From Chiloscyllium plagiosum (taxonomy: Eukaryota): 64,000 nucleotides of DNA. Below are positions 37,148 through 49,591 of the stretch, one piece after another (the stretch's first letter is position 1; each line of letters opens with the position of its first letter). The stretch is from assembly GCF_004010195.1 (NCBI RefSeq), contig NC_057728.1, positions 45,541,419 through 45,605,418 of the forward strand, given 5' to 3'. Under the pieces are notes generated by a model. The model saw nothing but the letters and a program-made list of their open reading frames with translations. It did not search any database and was not told the DNA's origin. The translations under genes and the position numbers were made by a program.

Positions 37148-37309
37148 TAAAGAACAACCTCAATTATCCAAATGTCAATTATCCGAAGTTTGGATTATCC
37201 GAACAAGATCTTAAGGTCCCGTAAAAACACTATCCATTATCTGAACTCTCAGTTATCCAAACAAAATACTCCCCACCCATTTCATTTGGATAATCTAGGC
37301 TGTTCTGTG
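37148..37309. mobile_element. TA-flanked MITE (Tc1/mariner-pogo-like)
   Basis: TIRs TAAAGAACAACCTCAATTATCCAAA / TTTGGATAATCTAGGCTGTTCTGTG, TA on both sides; internal (A)TTATCCGAA-like sub-repeats. Confidence 0.75.
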
Positions 37310-37439
37310 TATATAAAAATCACAAAAAGTCAGAGGGTCCTTCTGAAACAGTGACTAAATCCAGCACTTGTCATAAAATAGGTGACGGAAGACCTCTGTG
37401 GTGTTGATGGAACTATATACGATAAATAAACATACTATT

Positions 37440-38130
37440 TGGGTTATGACAGGTGGGACAAACATGTAAGGCCATTAGCTTTGAAGATCTGGGGTTAAGT
37501 AAGATATTTATTCAGTTCACAAGACACCTGGATTTAGGTTAATACCAATCTTGGTTTTTCCCCCTAGAAGGAGTTCAGGACAATTCAGAGACCAGTCAGC
37601 AACAAGAGGTTTTGTTTGTGAATCTTCCAAGTCAGGAGAGTTTGGATAGAAATCTGCAATTTATTAAACTGAGAAAGTTTAGGCTCTCAGATTTGTGAAT
37701 CCTTCATGTTAGCAGATTTGGAAAGGACTCATTGAACTGTCTCCACAGATGAAGACCAAAACGCTGTCAGAGATCAGTTCAGTAGAATACCAAAGATTTG
37801 AAGGAAGGGTAAAAATTGGACTTAAGTGATGTCAAGGTTATTTTAAAGAAATTCATTGAAATTTTGTTCTGCTGTTTTTTTTTTCAAGATTATTTGGATT
37901 GTCGTCCAAGTGTAGGTAGCATTTTTTTTTAAAATTTCCTATTTTGTATAATAAAATTCTGTTCAGTTATTAAAGAAAATCTGCAGATTTGTATGGTTAT
38001 GCCTCTGTGATTAACCACACTGCTAACCAACTAAACAAGAATAAAATATATTACCGATCAAGTCAGACCTCATTGTGGATCATAGACAGATTGTATGCAT
38101 TATTAAATTTTTTTACTTGGATTCTATAAT
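37440..38130 (+). mobile_element. Old solo LTR candidate
   Basis: GGTTATGACA start, AATAAA at ~37950, 3' end similar to 7085-7193; termini decayed. Confidence 0.45.
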
Positions 38131-38131
38131 T

Positions 38132-38192
38132 GTGTGGACTTGTTGGGCCGAAGGGCCTGTTTCCACACTGTAATGTAATCTAATCTAATCTA
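38132..38192 (+). mobile_element. HE1 3' tip flanked by a 75-bp direct duplication
   Basis: GTGTGGACTTGTTGGGCCGAAGGGCCTGTTTCCACACTG..(TAATC)n; flanks 38057-38131 and 38193-38267. Confidence 0.9.
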
Positions 38193-41121
38193 ATCAAGTC
38201 AGACTTCATTGTGGATCATAGACAGATTGTATGCATTATTAAATTTTTTTACTTGGATTCTATAATTAAGATGTTGCCCATGAACCCCACCTCCTGTTTA
38301 CCTAAATTCCCATTAAACTCTGAGCAGTCAATTATCCTTCCAGAAGGTAGTATAACATTGCTAATGATTTTCAATTATTTGGCATTTTTCAGTGAGCAGC
38401 AGGCTTTCATGAATTCCCTAAAGCTCCAAGTCAGGAAAAAAGATATAAGTATTTCACTTACTGCAGCTCTACCTTTGCAATTACAAGAAGTCCCTACATT
38501 TCCAATTGAAGGCACAGTGGGGTTTTGTGGTGTGGCAGGCACCAGTCCGACTAATATGCTGCCTAATTGTTAAGAAATTTTCTTTTTCTTACAGTTAATG
38601 TAGATGTAATGGCTTTAGCTTTACATTTATGTACTTAACCTAGATAATTATATGAGCAATAGCAGACAGAAATGCTTTGCTGACTTCATCATAGTTGGGA
38701 ATTGGATATTGAGTTAATATATAGATCTTGGTCTGTTCTGAGTAACCACTAAAGAGTTTATAATTTCCCAGTTGTGCATCAAATCTCCATGGTTTGCATA
38801 GAAGCAATTTAGGAATTGAGACCGCTAACTGAACTTTTTAACATTACAAATCCCATAGAAATTATTAATATTGCAGTTTTCAGTGGTGTGTGTAAAACCT
38901 ATTTAAGACATCCTAGCTTTATTGATTTTATAATTTTTTTAACATGCATTAGCCACCTTTTATATTTCCTCTATGTCTGTATTGGACCTGTAAAATCCTG
39001 CAAAGCTGGTAAAGTTTGAACTCCAGTGTTTACATTGTTTATGTGTGATATTATCAACAATACACAAGATTAATGAGTCATTGTAGTTAACTGTCTTTCC
39101 TGTCTTAATGTTTTTTAAATTACATTTTAGCACAATGTAGAGCAGTATAAATTGTACTATCACCAATTACATAATTAATCACGTAATTAACAAAAAACCC
39201 TGTTGCAGAGCATGATAATGATATGCATTAGATTTCCAAACTGCATGCCAGGAATGGTGATGTGGAGCTACACACGTGAATCTAAATCTAATGTGAACCA
39301 CTGGTGAAATATACCAACTGGAAATCAATTACTTCACTGCAGGATCCTATTGAGAGAGACATCCAGGGCTATTCTTCATACATCCTCATGGTTAGTTACA
39401 AGACAGGAGTAACAAAGACCTTGTTTGACAGACTGACTTACTACCCTTTTGGCCAAAGAAGAAAACATGATATAAGGAAGGAGCAAGGTATCTAAAATAT
39501 CATCTAAAAAGTAAACTTATTTTTGGTATGTAGATTGTAAGCAAGGATCGAACAGATTGGCTAAAAATGGGAGGGAAAGTGAGTGATTTACTTCTGTCTC
39601 ATAATTCAGCAACCAATACATTTGAAAACATTTGATGCTCCCATTTGTGCTTCTTTTTTGTCGAATTAAGGACTCTGAGAACTTCAATGCCAGTTATCCA
39701 ACATGTGGTTCAGCAAATTTTTTCCCTTAAAGAATTAACTGGAAAGAATAAGCATCAACATTTGAATTAAAAAAAAACTCATGACATTCGCGAAATGATT
39801 GATATCACTAGTACTTAGCCCATTATACTTCAGGTATAAAAACATCACTGTGATTATAAAGTAAAAACCTTTCTGTCATCAGTTACTTAGTGTTAATGAA
39901 TGATCTGTTATGACAACATAAATTACATTATACACTGAAAGTTGGCGAGACAGATTGTTTTGTCTAGTTTTGGCTTTGGGCAAGTTTGCCGGAAGTAGTT
40001 ACCACCTCTGTTCCAGTCTGTTTCTGGCTTCAGGCGTTCAGATTGTTTTGCTTTTCATGCATTTTGTTGGCATTATTTGGTAATGTTACCACCTGAAAAG
40101 GTGAATAATATCAATTTAAAGGGGACACATGATGAAACGGACCAATGAGAATCAGATGAAAACCAAACTCTTTTTTTATCTAATTAAAATCCAAGGCCAG
40201 GATTTAGTGCTTTGGACAGGAAAGACTAAACCCCTTGCCCACTGCTGAGAAAGATTGCTGGATCAAGTATCAGTTAGGTGTTGTTGCATCGATGCTTTAT
40301 GTTTAATACTGTTTGGAAAATTATGGAAAAATAGAAGGCATTTTAAGTTTTGTGGGCATATCTGGAGTAGTTTCTTTAAAAGCTGTCATTGAAAGTTCAC
40401 AACAGACATTGGAGATTTTTTTTAACAATTCCTAAAACTCACATTCTTGCTTAGCTGTAGACCCGTTTGGACCCACCTCTGACCCAGGAGGCCCAGGTTC
40501 AAGTCCTACCCAGTCCAGAAATGTTAATAACCCTCTGAAGAGGTTGATGAAAAGACATATAGACCCTACTACGGCTGTTTTTGAACAGTGATGGGCTTGC
40601 AGAAGCACTTGTTTTATTTAGTTCAATTAGAAGAAAACCAGCTCAGTTGGAGAAAGACATGGTCAGAGCAAACTGAGTTGAAGGGAAGCTTGCTGTGAAG
40701 AACCTACTTTGCTGATCACCCCCATCTTGGAAAACAAAACCCTCTCCATCAGTTCAGTGTGGAAACGTTTGAAAGAGTGCCATCTCAAGATTGTATTTCC
40801 TGAACAAGTTGTCTGCAAGACTTCAGGGACAACCGTGCATGAGGCCAAATAGAGGCCAGCAGAGTCAGGGAACTGTAGAATGCTACAGGAGGTCTAGACT
40901 GTGCAGCAATGTAGTATTGCACTGGAAATTGGGTGGATTGTAGAGTGAAGGTTGCAGGGTAAAAAGAGACAAAGGGTGAAGGGCAAAGCCTTCTGTAGAC
41001 ACCGCCATTTCCATTTACTCCCAGATTAGGGCACCTCCTTCCCCAAGCCCCACTAGCATAATCAAATATAAGGTATTTATAAGATTATCCAAAGGAACCA
41101 TATCTATTCTTCTGATTTGTA

Positions 41122-41668
41122 ATAAGAACATAAGACCATAAGAAATAGAGCAGGAGTAGGCCGTTTGGCCCTTCAAGCCTGCTCCACTATTCAATAAGAT
41201 CATGGATGATCTTTTCCTGGACTCAGATCTACTTACCCGTGCTCTCACCATATCCCTTAATTCTATTATTGTTCAAGAAGAATCTACCTTAGCTTTAAAA
41301 ACGTTTACTGAACTCGCATCAACTACTTCACTGAGTAAGAAATTCCAGAGATTAACAGCCCTCTGGATAAAGAAGTTCCTTCTCAATTCAGTCCTAAATC
41401 TGCTCCCTCTAATCTTGAGGCTATGCCCTCTTGTCCTAGTTTCACCTGCCAGTGGAAACATCCTCTCTACTTCTATCTTATCTATTCCCTTCGTAATTTT
41501 GTATATTTCTATAAGATCCTGCCTCATTCTCCTGAATTCCAATGAATATAATCCCAATCAACTCAGTCTCTCCTCATAAGCAAACCCCTCAACTCTAGAA
41601 TCAACTGAGTGAACCTCCTCTGTGCCCCCTCCAGTGCCAACACATCCTTTCTCAAGTAAGGAGACTGC
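41122..41668 (-). mobile_element. CR1 3' end
   Basis: ORF GLYSLEFRRMRQDLIEIYKI...TRGHSLKI...RRNFFIQRAVNLWN. Confidence 0.92.
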
Positions 41669-41674
41669 CATAGT

Positions 41675-41870
41675 GCAAGAAATGGAACAGATATTAAGTG
41701 CACAGAGAGTTCCCATAAACAGCAATGTAATAATGACCAGATAATCCTTTCTGAGGTGTTGGCTGATGGATAAATATTTGTCAGGGCATCAAGAAGAACA
41801 TCTCTACTTCTTTTCAAAATAGTGCGATAGGACGTATTGCAAGGACATAGCATCAGATGAGACTTCAGTC
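41675..41870 (-). mobile_element. Deu-domain SINE fragment
   Basis: TCCCATAAACAGCAATGTAATAATGACCAGATAATC...GGATAAATATT...CTTTTCAAAATAGTGC. Confidence 0.7.
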
Positions 41871-41880
41871 AAAGGAGAGG

Positions 41881-42323
41881 CAGGAGCATAGTGGCAATGT
41901 CATTGGGCTAGTAACCTAGAGGTCCCAGCCGACTGTCTGGCAGCTGATGGAATTTCAATTCAATAGTACATCCAGAATTGTTAGGGCGCTTGTGATACAG
42001 GAGGTAGTGTCCCTACCTATGAACTAGGAGACCCAGAATCAAACCCCACCTGATACAGAGATGTCATAATATCCCTGAAATGGTTGATTTAGAAAATATC
42101 TAAATTCAGAATTATGAGCTGACCTCCGTAATGGTGATCATGAAGCTAACATTGATTGTTGCAAAGACCCATCTCATCCCTTACCTGGACTGACCTATAT
42201 GTAACCTCATAATGACAACAATGCAATTAATTCTTAACCACACTCTGAAATGGCTCAACTCAAGAGAAATTAGGGATGTGCAACAAATATAGGCCTTTGC
42301 AATGATGAGAATGGATAATGAAA
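41881..42323 (+). mobile_element. SINE family B with nested family-C SINE (~41983-42102)
   Basis: GCATAGTGGCAATGTCATTGGGCTAGTAA head; insert bracketed by ATCCAGAATT / ATTCAGAATT; AATTAGGGATGTGCAACAAAT tail. Confidence 0.7.
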
Positions 42324-42494
42324 GCTCTGAAAAACAACTACTCTAAAATTACATTATTTCCACATTATCACATAAGATTGTCCAGCATTGATTACATGCA
42401 CAAATGTTGAGTGGAATTTATAACCTTCTGATGCAGTGGTATTGATTGTAATTTAGGAGGTGTGATCCATTAAGTGTGGTAAACAGAGAAAGAA

Positions 42495-42900
42495 CTGATG
42501 GGTTGACCTAATAGAGGTTTATAAAATCATGAGGGGCATGAATAGGGTAAATAGGGTGTTTTCTTTGGAGTAGGGGCATCCACAACTGGAAGGCATAGGT
42601 TTAGGATGAGGGGAAAAATTTAAAACAAACCTAAGGGGCAGCTTTTTCATGCAGAGGGTGGTGTGTGTATGGAATGAGCTGCCAGAGGAAGTGGTAGAGG
42701 CTGGTACAATTACAACATTTAAAGCCAATTGGATGGGTACATGAATAGGAAGGGTTTGGAGGGATCTGGGCCAATTGCTGGCAACCACGACTAAATTAAT
42801 TTAGGATATCTGGTCGGCATGGATGAGTTGGACCGAAGGGTCTGTTTCCACGCTGCACATCTCTATGACTCTATGACTCTATGACTGTATGATTCTATGA
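42495..42900 (+). mobile_element. HER1/CR1 3' end with (CTATGA)n-type tail
   Basis: TATAAAATCATGAGGGGCAT...TGGAATGAGCTGCCAGAGGAAGTGG...GGACCGAAGGGTCTGTTTCC. Confidence 0.92.
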
Positions 42901-42984
42901 CCTGCCTTTTGTTATTGTATTGGATAAGTCGACAGTTAGATAATTACTTGAAGACGTCAATCACCTTGTCCATACTGAGGCATG

Positions 42985-43242
42985 AAGTAATATGGCAAGG
43001 AAACAGGCTCTTTGGCCCAAACTGGTCAATGCTGACCATGGTGCCCACTCAGCTAGCTCCAACTGCCCGCATTTGGTCCATATCTCTTCCCATCCATATA
43101 CCTGTCCAAATGTTTTCCAAATGTTGCTATTGTACCTGCCTCAACTACTTTCTCTGGCAGCCCAATCCATATACGCACCACCCTCTGCATGAAGAAGTTG
43201 CCCCTCAGATTCTTCTTAAATCTTTCCCCCCCTCACCCTAAA
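42985..43242 (-). mobile_element. HER1/CR1 3' end
   Basis: GGAAACAGGCTCTTTGGCCCAA...ACCACCCTCTGCATGAAGAAGTTGCCCCTCAG. Confidence 0.85.
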
Positions 43243-43914
43243 GTCAGTGTGTAATTATGCAGATAGTTAGAAAGAATTCCCACCTTCACGCCAGGGACTT
43301 GGAAATAGATTTGTAGAACATCTGTTCAGAGCCAGTGGAGTAAATATTTTGTCAAAGGTTATATTGCTTCTTTTAAGCCACTTAAGTTGATACATAAACA
43401 AATGTGCTTCCTTCACAAAGCACAGCTAAATAAATAGAAAAGCAATCTGTGTGTGACTCAAAACCTTTAAGCTTTTCAGTATGAAACTGAATGTCTTCTC
43501 TTCCACCTGGGTAGTCTCAGTTCTACTTTGATTTTATTTTCAGCACATAAGGATGTTTATTGTACTATCAATTACACATCAGCTGCTTAGAATAAGATGT
43601 TTTAAAGACCCACAGATAATGCTTCATCAAGACCAGTTCAGCACTTTGCGGCTGTATTATTCAATTAGCAAAACATCTGAAATATTATTTGCATCTATCA
43701 ATATATTCTGGAAAGGGAGAGCGAGGGGGAATAAACAACTATGCATACAGAATGGAAGATACAAACAGAAACTGACAGGCTGAAACCTTTCAGGCTTTCT
43801 AAAGTGTGTAGAAATTACAGTCTAAAAGCAAGAGACTGTAAGATATAAATGAGGACAAAAAGTAGAGTCTGTCCCTGAAGAGTTGTGTTGCGAAGCACCT
43901 GAAATTCCTACACA

Positions 43915-44340
43915 CAACAAAAATGCAAAATACTGCAAATGCTGAAGATGTTGGTGGATGAACTCAGCACACTGGGCAAAATCTGTGGAGTGAGAAGCAT
44001 TTAACATTTCAATCCCAAAATGACTATCCTCCAGAACTGAAGTGAGGTAGATAAATGTTGGGTTTTATGCTGGGGAGAAAGGTGGGGAAGAGCAAGTGTA
44101 ACATAAGGAAAGATCAGGAAGTCGTTAGAGGGCCAGGGACATTATGACAATCAAAGGTGTCACAATGCAAAAGGCAAAGGGAACAGCAATTGTTGCATAC
44201 AAAAGACCAACACAGATTTAGAGTTGATGTTTCCAGCAGAATATAAATCCATTCTGCTGAAAACAAAACCAAGAAAACAAAATACAAGGATTGAGGTACG
44301 GGGTACAATTTGCAGTTGATAAAGTTGAAGTTTGTTCCAA
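43915..44340 (-). mobile_element. PLE-derived repeat family E, long decayed copy
   Basis: AAATACTGCAAATGCTG...GAACTCAGCA..CTGG..AAATCTGTGGAG; similar layout to 51620-52080. Confidence 0.5.
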
Positions 44341-45956
44341 GCTAAATTTTGATAATTGCCAAACAGGACATATTAGGCCAAAGGACAAGGTTGGATCTCC
44401 TGGTACTCAGCATGAGACAACATCACACTATGCTTGCAAAGCTATGGTAACCTGATTTAACACTAGGCCTGAGGATAGATGAGGTGTAAAAATTCATTAG
44501 GAAACCTGCAAAATAAACTGGCTCAAATCTACGAGTTGACAGTCCCAATGTGGCATGTCATGAAACATTGCTTGTAAATCTGTTCAATATTCACTGCTTG
44601 TCCATACCAAGCCCTCATGCTGTCTTACAACAGCTTTCATTGAAACTCATTTTATTAATACTTCAGCTTAGCATACACTCCAGCTACATGTTGTAGTTGA
44701 AAGCTTTGGCACACTAACATATTCCAAGGACTTCACACATCTTAATTTTAGAAATTATTTCCATTCAGGATGGGCCATAGTTTGGTAATATGTCTCGTAC
44801 TACTAACGGTATCCTACATTTTGCATCAACTGAGGACTACATTGTAAAAAGATCAAGTAGTATAGTTATAAGTTTGAAATACTTACTTGCAGCATGTGTG
44901 GAAAATCTCCAAATTTGTTTTCAATGACCCTTACTTTTTGTGTAATTTTACATAACAATGGTATTTTTTGTTTGAGATGTGCAAATATTTTGGCAGTCAG
45001 TGATGTGAACCATTTCTATAATACCTGTCAATTAGATTTAGCCCAAACCACAATATTATAACAGTTCATACCAAGGTCTTTGCCATTTAAAGTCCATAGC
45101 TAAGACTTAGATTTGCAAAACTTTCTTTTTAAATTGTCTTTGATTAAATGAACTGGACATTTTGCAATGTGTTTCTCTGTTCAGTGAACCAATCATTGCT
45201 CAAATATCATTCCAGGCTTACTCTTTAATTGCCAAAAAAATCAGTTATGGACATGGCATTATGCCATTATCAATCATTACATCTCATCGTAATGCTTTCA
45301 ACCATTTATATTAGAATTCCCAGTTTGCTGGATGCTAGTTCTTCTCCAGAGATCCCAGAGCTCTCCCAGGGCCCATGAATCCTCACAAACCCCAGGAACT
45401 GCCATGTCTCTCTCTGTTCCAAACCCATCCCACACCTTCAGAAACTCTGCAGGATTTCCCACCCCCACTACTCCCATTGCCAGATCAGAAACACTTCCAA
45501 TCCCATCAGATCAACAACCAAACCTCACACCTTTTGGTGTACAAGCCAACTTAGCCTTGCCAGTTCCTCTGGCCATCAAAATGGAAGCTAAAACTGTTAA
45601 AATGCCACAGCTTATGAGGAAACCCTAATGCCTAGGTACCCCATGATAGTCATGTCCTAGTCAGTCATTCCATCCAGAACAAGAAATCATGATTTTAATT
45701 GAATGTCATACTATATACTTCTCAATTTTCAGATAATGTCAGTTTACATCCAGTTCAGACATTCTGAGTTGCTATGCCATATGCTCCTTTGCATGCATAT
45801 TGTAGTCTGGAAGGATGGAGAATGATGGCAAGCATTCCAACTTCCCTTCCATCAAATGGCTGTCCAGGAAATCTCGCTCATTTTTCCTGCCTGCCACAGG
45901 CATACGTTGAAAAGATTTATAGGTTGGGCATCAACCTGTTAGACTATTGTGGTCGG

Positions 45957-46050
45957 TGTGGGTATGTTCGCTGAGCTGGGAATTTGGTTTGCAGACGTTT
46001 TGTTCCCTTTTTAGGTGACATCTTCAGTGCTGTGGAGCCTCCTGTGCAGT
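45957..46050 (-). mobile_element. PLE terminal fragment with mutated hammerhead
   Basis: TGTTCGCTGAGCTGGGAATTTG...TAGGTGACATCTTCAGTGC matches 27001-27080. Confidence 0.8.
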
Positions 46051-46339
46051 GTTGACATTTGACCTTGTTATGAATGCAGATTCTATGGCCACCAAGTCCT
46101 GGAGTAAAATTTGAACATAGGTTCTGTCTCAGATGCAGGCACACAATCTACTGGATTACAAGGCCTCCCCCTCAATGTATCTGTTGCTGCAAACTTTATA
46201 AACTGATGACTGACTCTTTCTGGATCTCCATCTAGTCAGCAGTTTTAATCACGACTGAAGACAAAGTTTTTTCCAGAACATAACAACTACCTGACAAACA
46301 TTGGAACTTTTGTAAATCCCATAATGCTAAGTACAGTGT

Positions 46340-46531
46340 AGATAAAGTTACCATAGTCTCAGGGGACTGCTTTCTCATAAGAGAGGGAGATGACTGGTAG
46401 TGGTGGTAACTTGATGGTCACCACACCTCAGACAAGGGGAGGCTTTGGTAACCTCACTCATTACAGGAATCGAACCCACATTGTTGGCATCAAGCTGCAT
46501 CACAATCAGCCATCCAGCCAACTGCGCTAGC
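46340..46531 (-). mobile_element. tRNA-like SINE family D
   Basis: GGAATCGAACCC and CATCCAGCCAACTGCGCTA; homologous to 11860-12062. Confidence 0.65.
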
Positions 46532-47366
46532 ACTGTGTGTAGTCATGGATCACTCATGTTATGCCTATTGATTTAACTGGGCAAGGAATTCTCTTCTAAA
46601 CTCTCAGCTAAAGCTGACCATTTTCACTGAGCACGTGGTGTTAGTTTAAGCAAGTTCCCAACCACAAACATTTTGTTTGATATACAGTAACCTTCTTTTG
46701 GAAGATTTAAGATTTAGAAAAGCTGAATTTTAGTGTGGCTGTCAAGAAGTAGAATTTATCCCAGAAAGTAAATTCTGATTTTTGATTGCTAAGTAGTGAT
46801 AAACTTCTTCTTGTGAGGTTATTAAAGCAGAGGTTGCTGAATCAGTTTAGAATATGTTTGTATTGTTTCAACAGAGCCTTCATATAAATTATGTGGGAAG
46901 CATCTGAAGGATTAATATTATTAAAAATATAATAGACAAAACTGTCAGTGTGAACGGGAAACAGCACAACATAATATTCAAGGGTTGTGGCTGAAGAGAG
47001 AAAGTAAGACGAGTTATTACTTGTGTAACTTTCGAGATGATGGCAGGTTTGAGGTGTGTTTTCCCACAAGCTACAATTGCAACAAACATGACACCGGATG
47101 AAGTGATTTAGTTAATGAATACCAAACAAATAATGAGTTGCCAATTACCAAAGAACAAAAACTAAGCTCATGATAAATGAACCTAATTTTAGCGGAAACA
47201 AAATAATGAAATATATGAATAAGAATGAAAAACTGGTTGTATGAAACAAAACATGAAAAAAATAACACTTTAAAGTCAAACTGATGGAGAGGGTGGCAAG
47301 TCATAGTTCAGCCATAATGGCCCTAATAGCCATGATCTTGTATTGTCACCAAAATTAAATGCAGTA

Positions 47367-47860
47367 CAGGTAGTTCTGGGATAACACACATTTCAGCAGC
47401 ACGATTTGGCACTGACTTTGCTGAAGAATTAGGGAACAGTATTTTTGAGAATGCTTACCTCTTGTTGGCAATAGCAGAATTCCAGTGGGGATTGGTTCAC
47501 ATGCTTCGTGTCAGCAGTGTCAGCACCAGTCTTCATGCTGTTTAGCACATGCACAATGTCAGTCACCGACAGAGCAGCTTTCTGTGAGAAGTACAGTACA
47601 GACAACAGCTCTCTTACATTTTTTAATGTACTGTGTTAAATTTATTTTGTTTTGTTAATAAATATGACTTCAACCTTCATTCAGGTTGTGCTATACTTTA
47701 CATTAGAATTTTGGGTGATTTTTGAGTGATTGCGAGTGATATTGTTTGCTGGTCTGCCCCAAACCCACTTTTCCCATAGATCCTATTATTTCTATTTGAA
47801 ATTTTCGATTATGTGAGGTTGCGCTGGAACACAGCTATGGAGTTATAGGAGAACTACCTG
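47367..47860. mobile_element. Tigger/pogo-like non-autonomous DNA transposon
   Basis: TIRs CAGGTAGTTCTGGGATAAC / GTTATAGGAGAACTACCTG; TA on the left, GA on the right. Confidence 0.75.
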
Positions 47861-48796
47861 GACCAACAACAATTGGATTAAAACCCTAGAGACTGGGTAT
47901 CAAGGATTTCCCAAAAAGGATATAAAGAATGAAGGACCTATGCTATGTGGAAAAGTTAAACATGAGATTGTCCTTCTTGGAGAAGTCAATCTGCCAGAAT
48001 AAGATAACTCATTTGGCCAGTAGCAAAATGCATGTTTTTAGGTAAATGCTTTATATAAGTTAACTTGATTAGCAATCTTTCTGCTAATAAATTAATGTTT
48101 AGTGTTATACGTCCACTAGGAGTAAGCCTCACTTTTCACCTCTGAAATACACGTTTAAGGTTATTCTTATCTTTATAAGTTGATGCTTGGGATCAAGCAA
48201 GCAACATGGGATAAGTTGTCAAGCTGATGCATGGGAGTTCAAGAGATGTCAAATCAGCTGTTTATGTGTGGTGAATAATAAACAGAATTTGTTCTCTTGC
48301 AAAGCAAAATGAAGGATGAAGCTTGTTTCAAACTGAAAATTGTAATGTTTGCTAACTCATCACATATTTGCTGCAGTTAAGGAATTCTGTGTTACTGAAA
48401 GACTGGTGTGAGAATGAAAGAAGTCACTGGCCTGATTTTGAAAAGCATGTATCAGAATGGTCCTTTAAAAACATAAGAGTGGTTACAGCCTTATCAGAAA
48501 TGCAGTTTATACCTATGCACTTTGGTAGGCTAAATCAGCAAATATTTCAGGGAAATACAGTTAGCCCAGCCACTTCATGGAATGAAAATATCTAGTGTTA
48601 CAGCAGAAAATCAAGATCACTCAGAGACTTCTGAAAGACCTCAATTTCAATTTATGTATGCGTGTGCCAAAAAGCCATAGCAGGATCATGTTTGTGGTCA
48701 AATAGAATTGGGGGATAGTAGATAATGAACAAAAAAAATCATTTATACAGTGGAAAATTATTTGCTGCCTCGCTTAACATTTTGTGAAACTGAAGC

Positions 48797-48925
48797 AGTA
48801 TCACTGGACATGAAATGTTAATTCTGCTTTCTCTCCATAGATGCTACCAGAGCTGTTGAGTTCTTTTTCCAGCAGTTCCTGTTTTTATTTCTGATTTCCA
48901 ACATCCAAAGATTTTTGGCTTCTTT
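48797..48925 (+). mobile_element. PLE-derived short repeat family E
   Basis: CACTGGACATGAAATGTTAA...TCTCTCCATAGATGCTACCAGAGCTG. Confidence 0.6.
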
Positions 48926-48964
48926 TGTGTGTTGCTTTGTGTAGTTTCCTTATCAAATTATCAT

Positions 48965-49276
48965 AGATTAGATTACTTACAGTGTGGAAACAGGCCCTTC
49001 GGCCCAACAAGTCCACACCGACCCGCCGCAATCCACCCAGACCCATTCCCCTACATTTATTCCTTCACCTAACACTATGGACAATTTAGCGTGGCCAATT
49101 CACCTAACCCGCACATTTTTGGACTGTGGGAGGAAACCGGAGTACCCGGAGGAAACCCACGCAGACAAGGGGCGAATGTGCAAACTCCACACAGTCAGTC
49201 GCCTGAGACGGGAATTGAACCCGGGTCTCTGGCGCTGTGAGGCAGCAGTGCTAACCACTGTGCCACCATGCCGCCC
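48965..49276 (-). mobile_element. HE1-type SINE, near full length, young
   Basis: AGATTAGATTACTTACAGTGTGGAAACAGGCCCTTCGG...GCTAACCACTGTGCCACCATGCCGCCC. Confidence 0.95.
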
Positions 49277-49591
49277 ATGGGATGGTATTATGGGATGGTA
49301 TTAATGCACAAATTCTCATCAGAACATTAAAAATTTATTGGGAGTACCTGCTGAAAGGGATGGACTGCAGAATGTTAGATTAGACTCTCTACAACATGGA
49401 AACAGGCCGTTCCACCCAACAAATCCACACCAATCCTCTGAAGAGTAACCCAGCCACACTCATTTCCCTACATCTACTCCTGACTAATGCACCTAACACT
49501 ATGGGCAATTTAGGATACCCAATTCACCTGCCCTGCATATCTTTTGGAAGGTGGTAGGAAACCAACACAGACATGGATAGAATGTGCAAAC

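Noticed and set aside
37148..37309. CRISPR-like short repeats (TTATCCGAA)
   Set aside because: Irregular 9-10 bp sub-repeats inside a TA-flanked MITE; eukaryotic context and no cas genes
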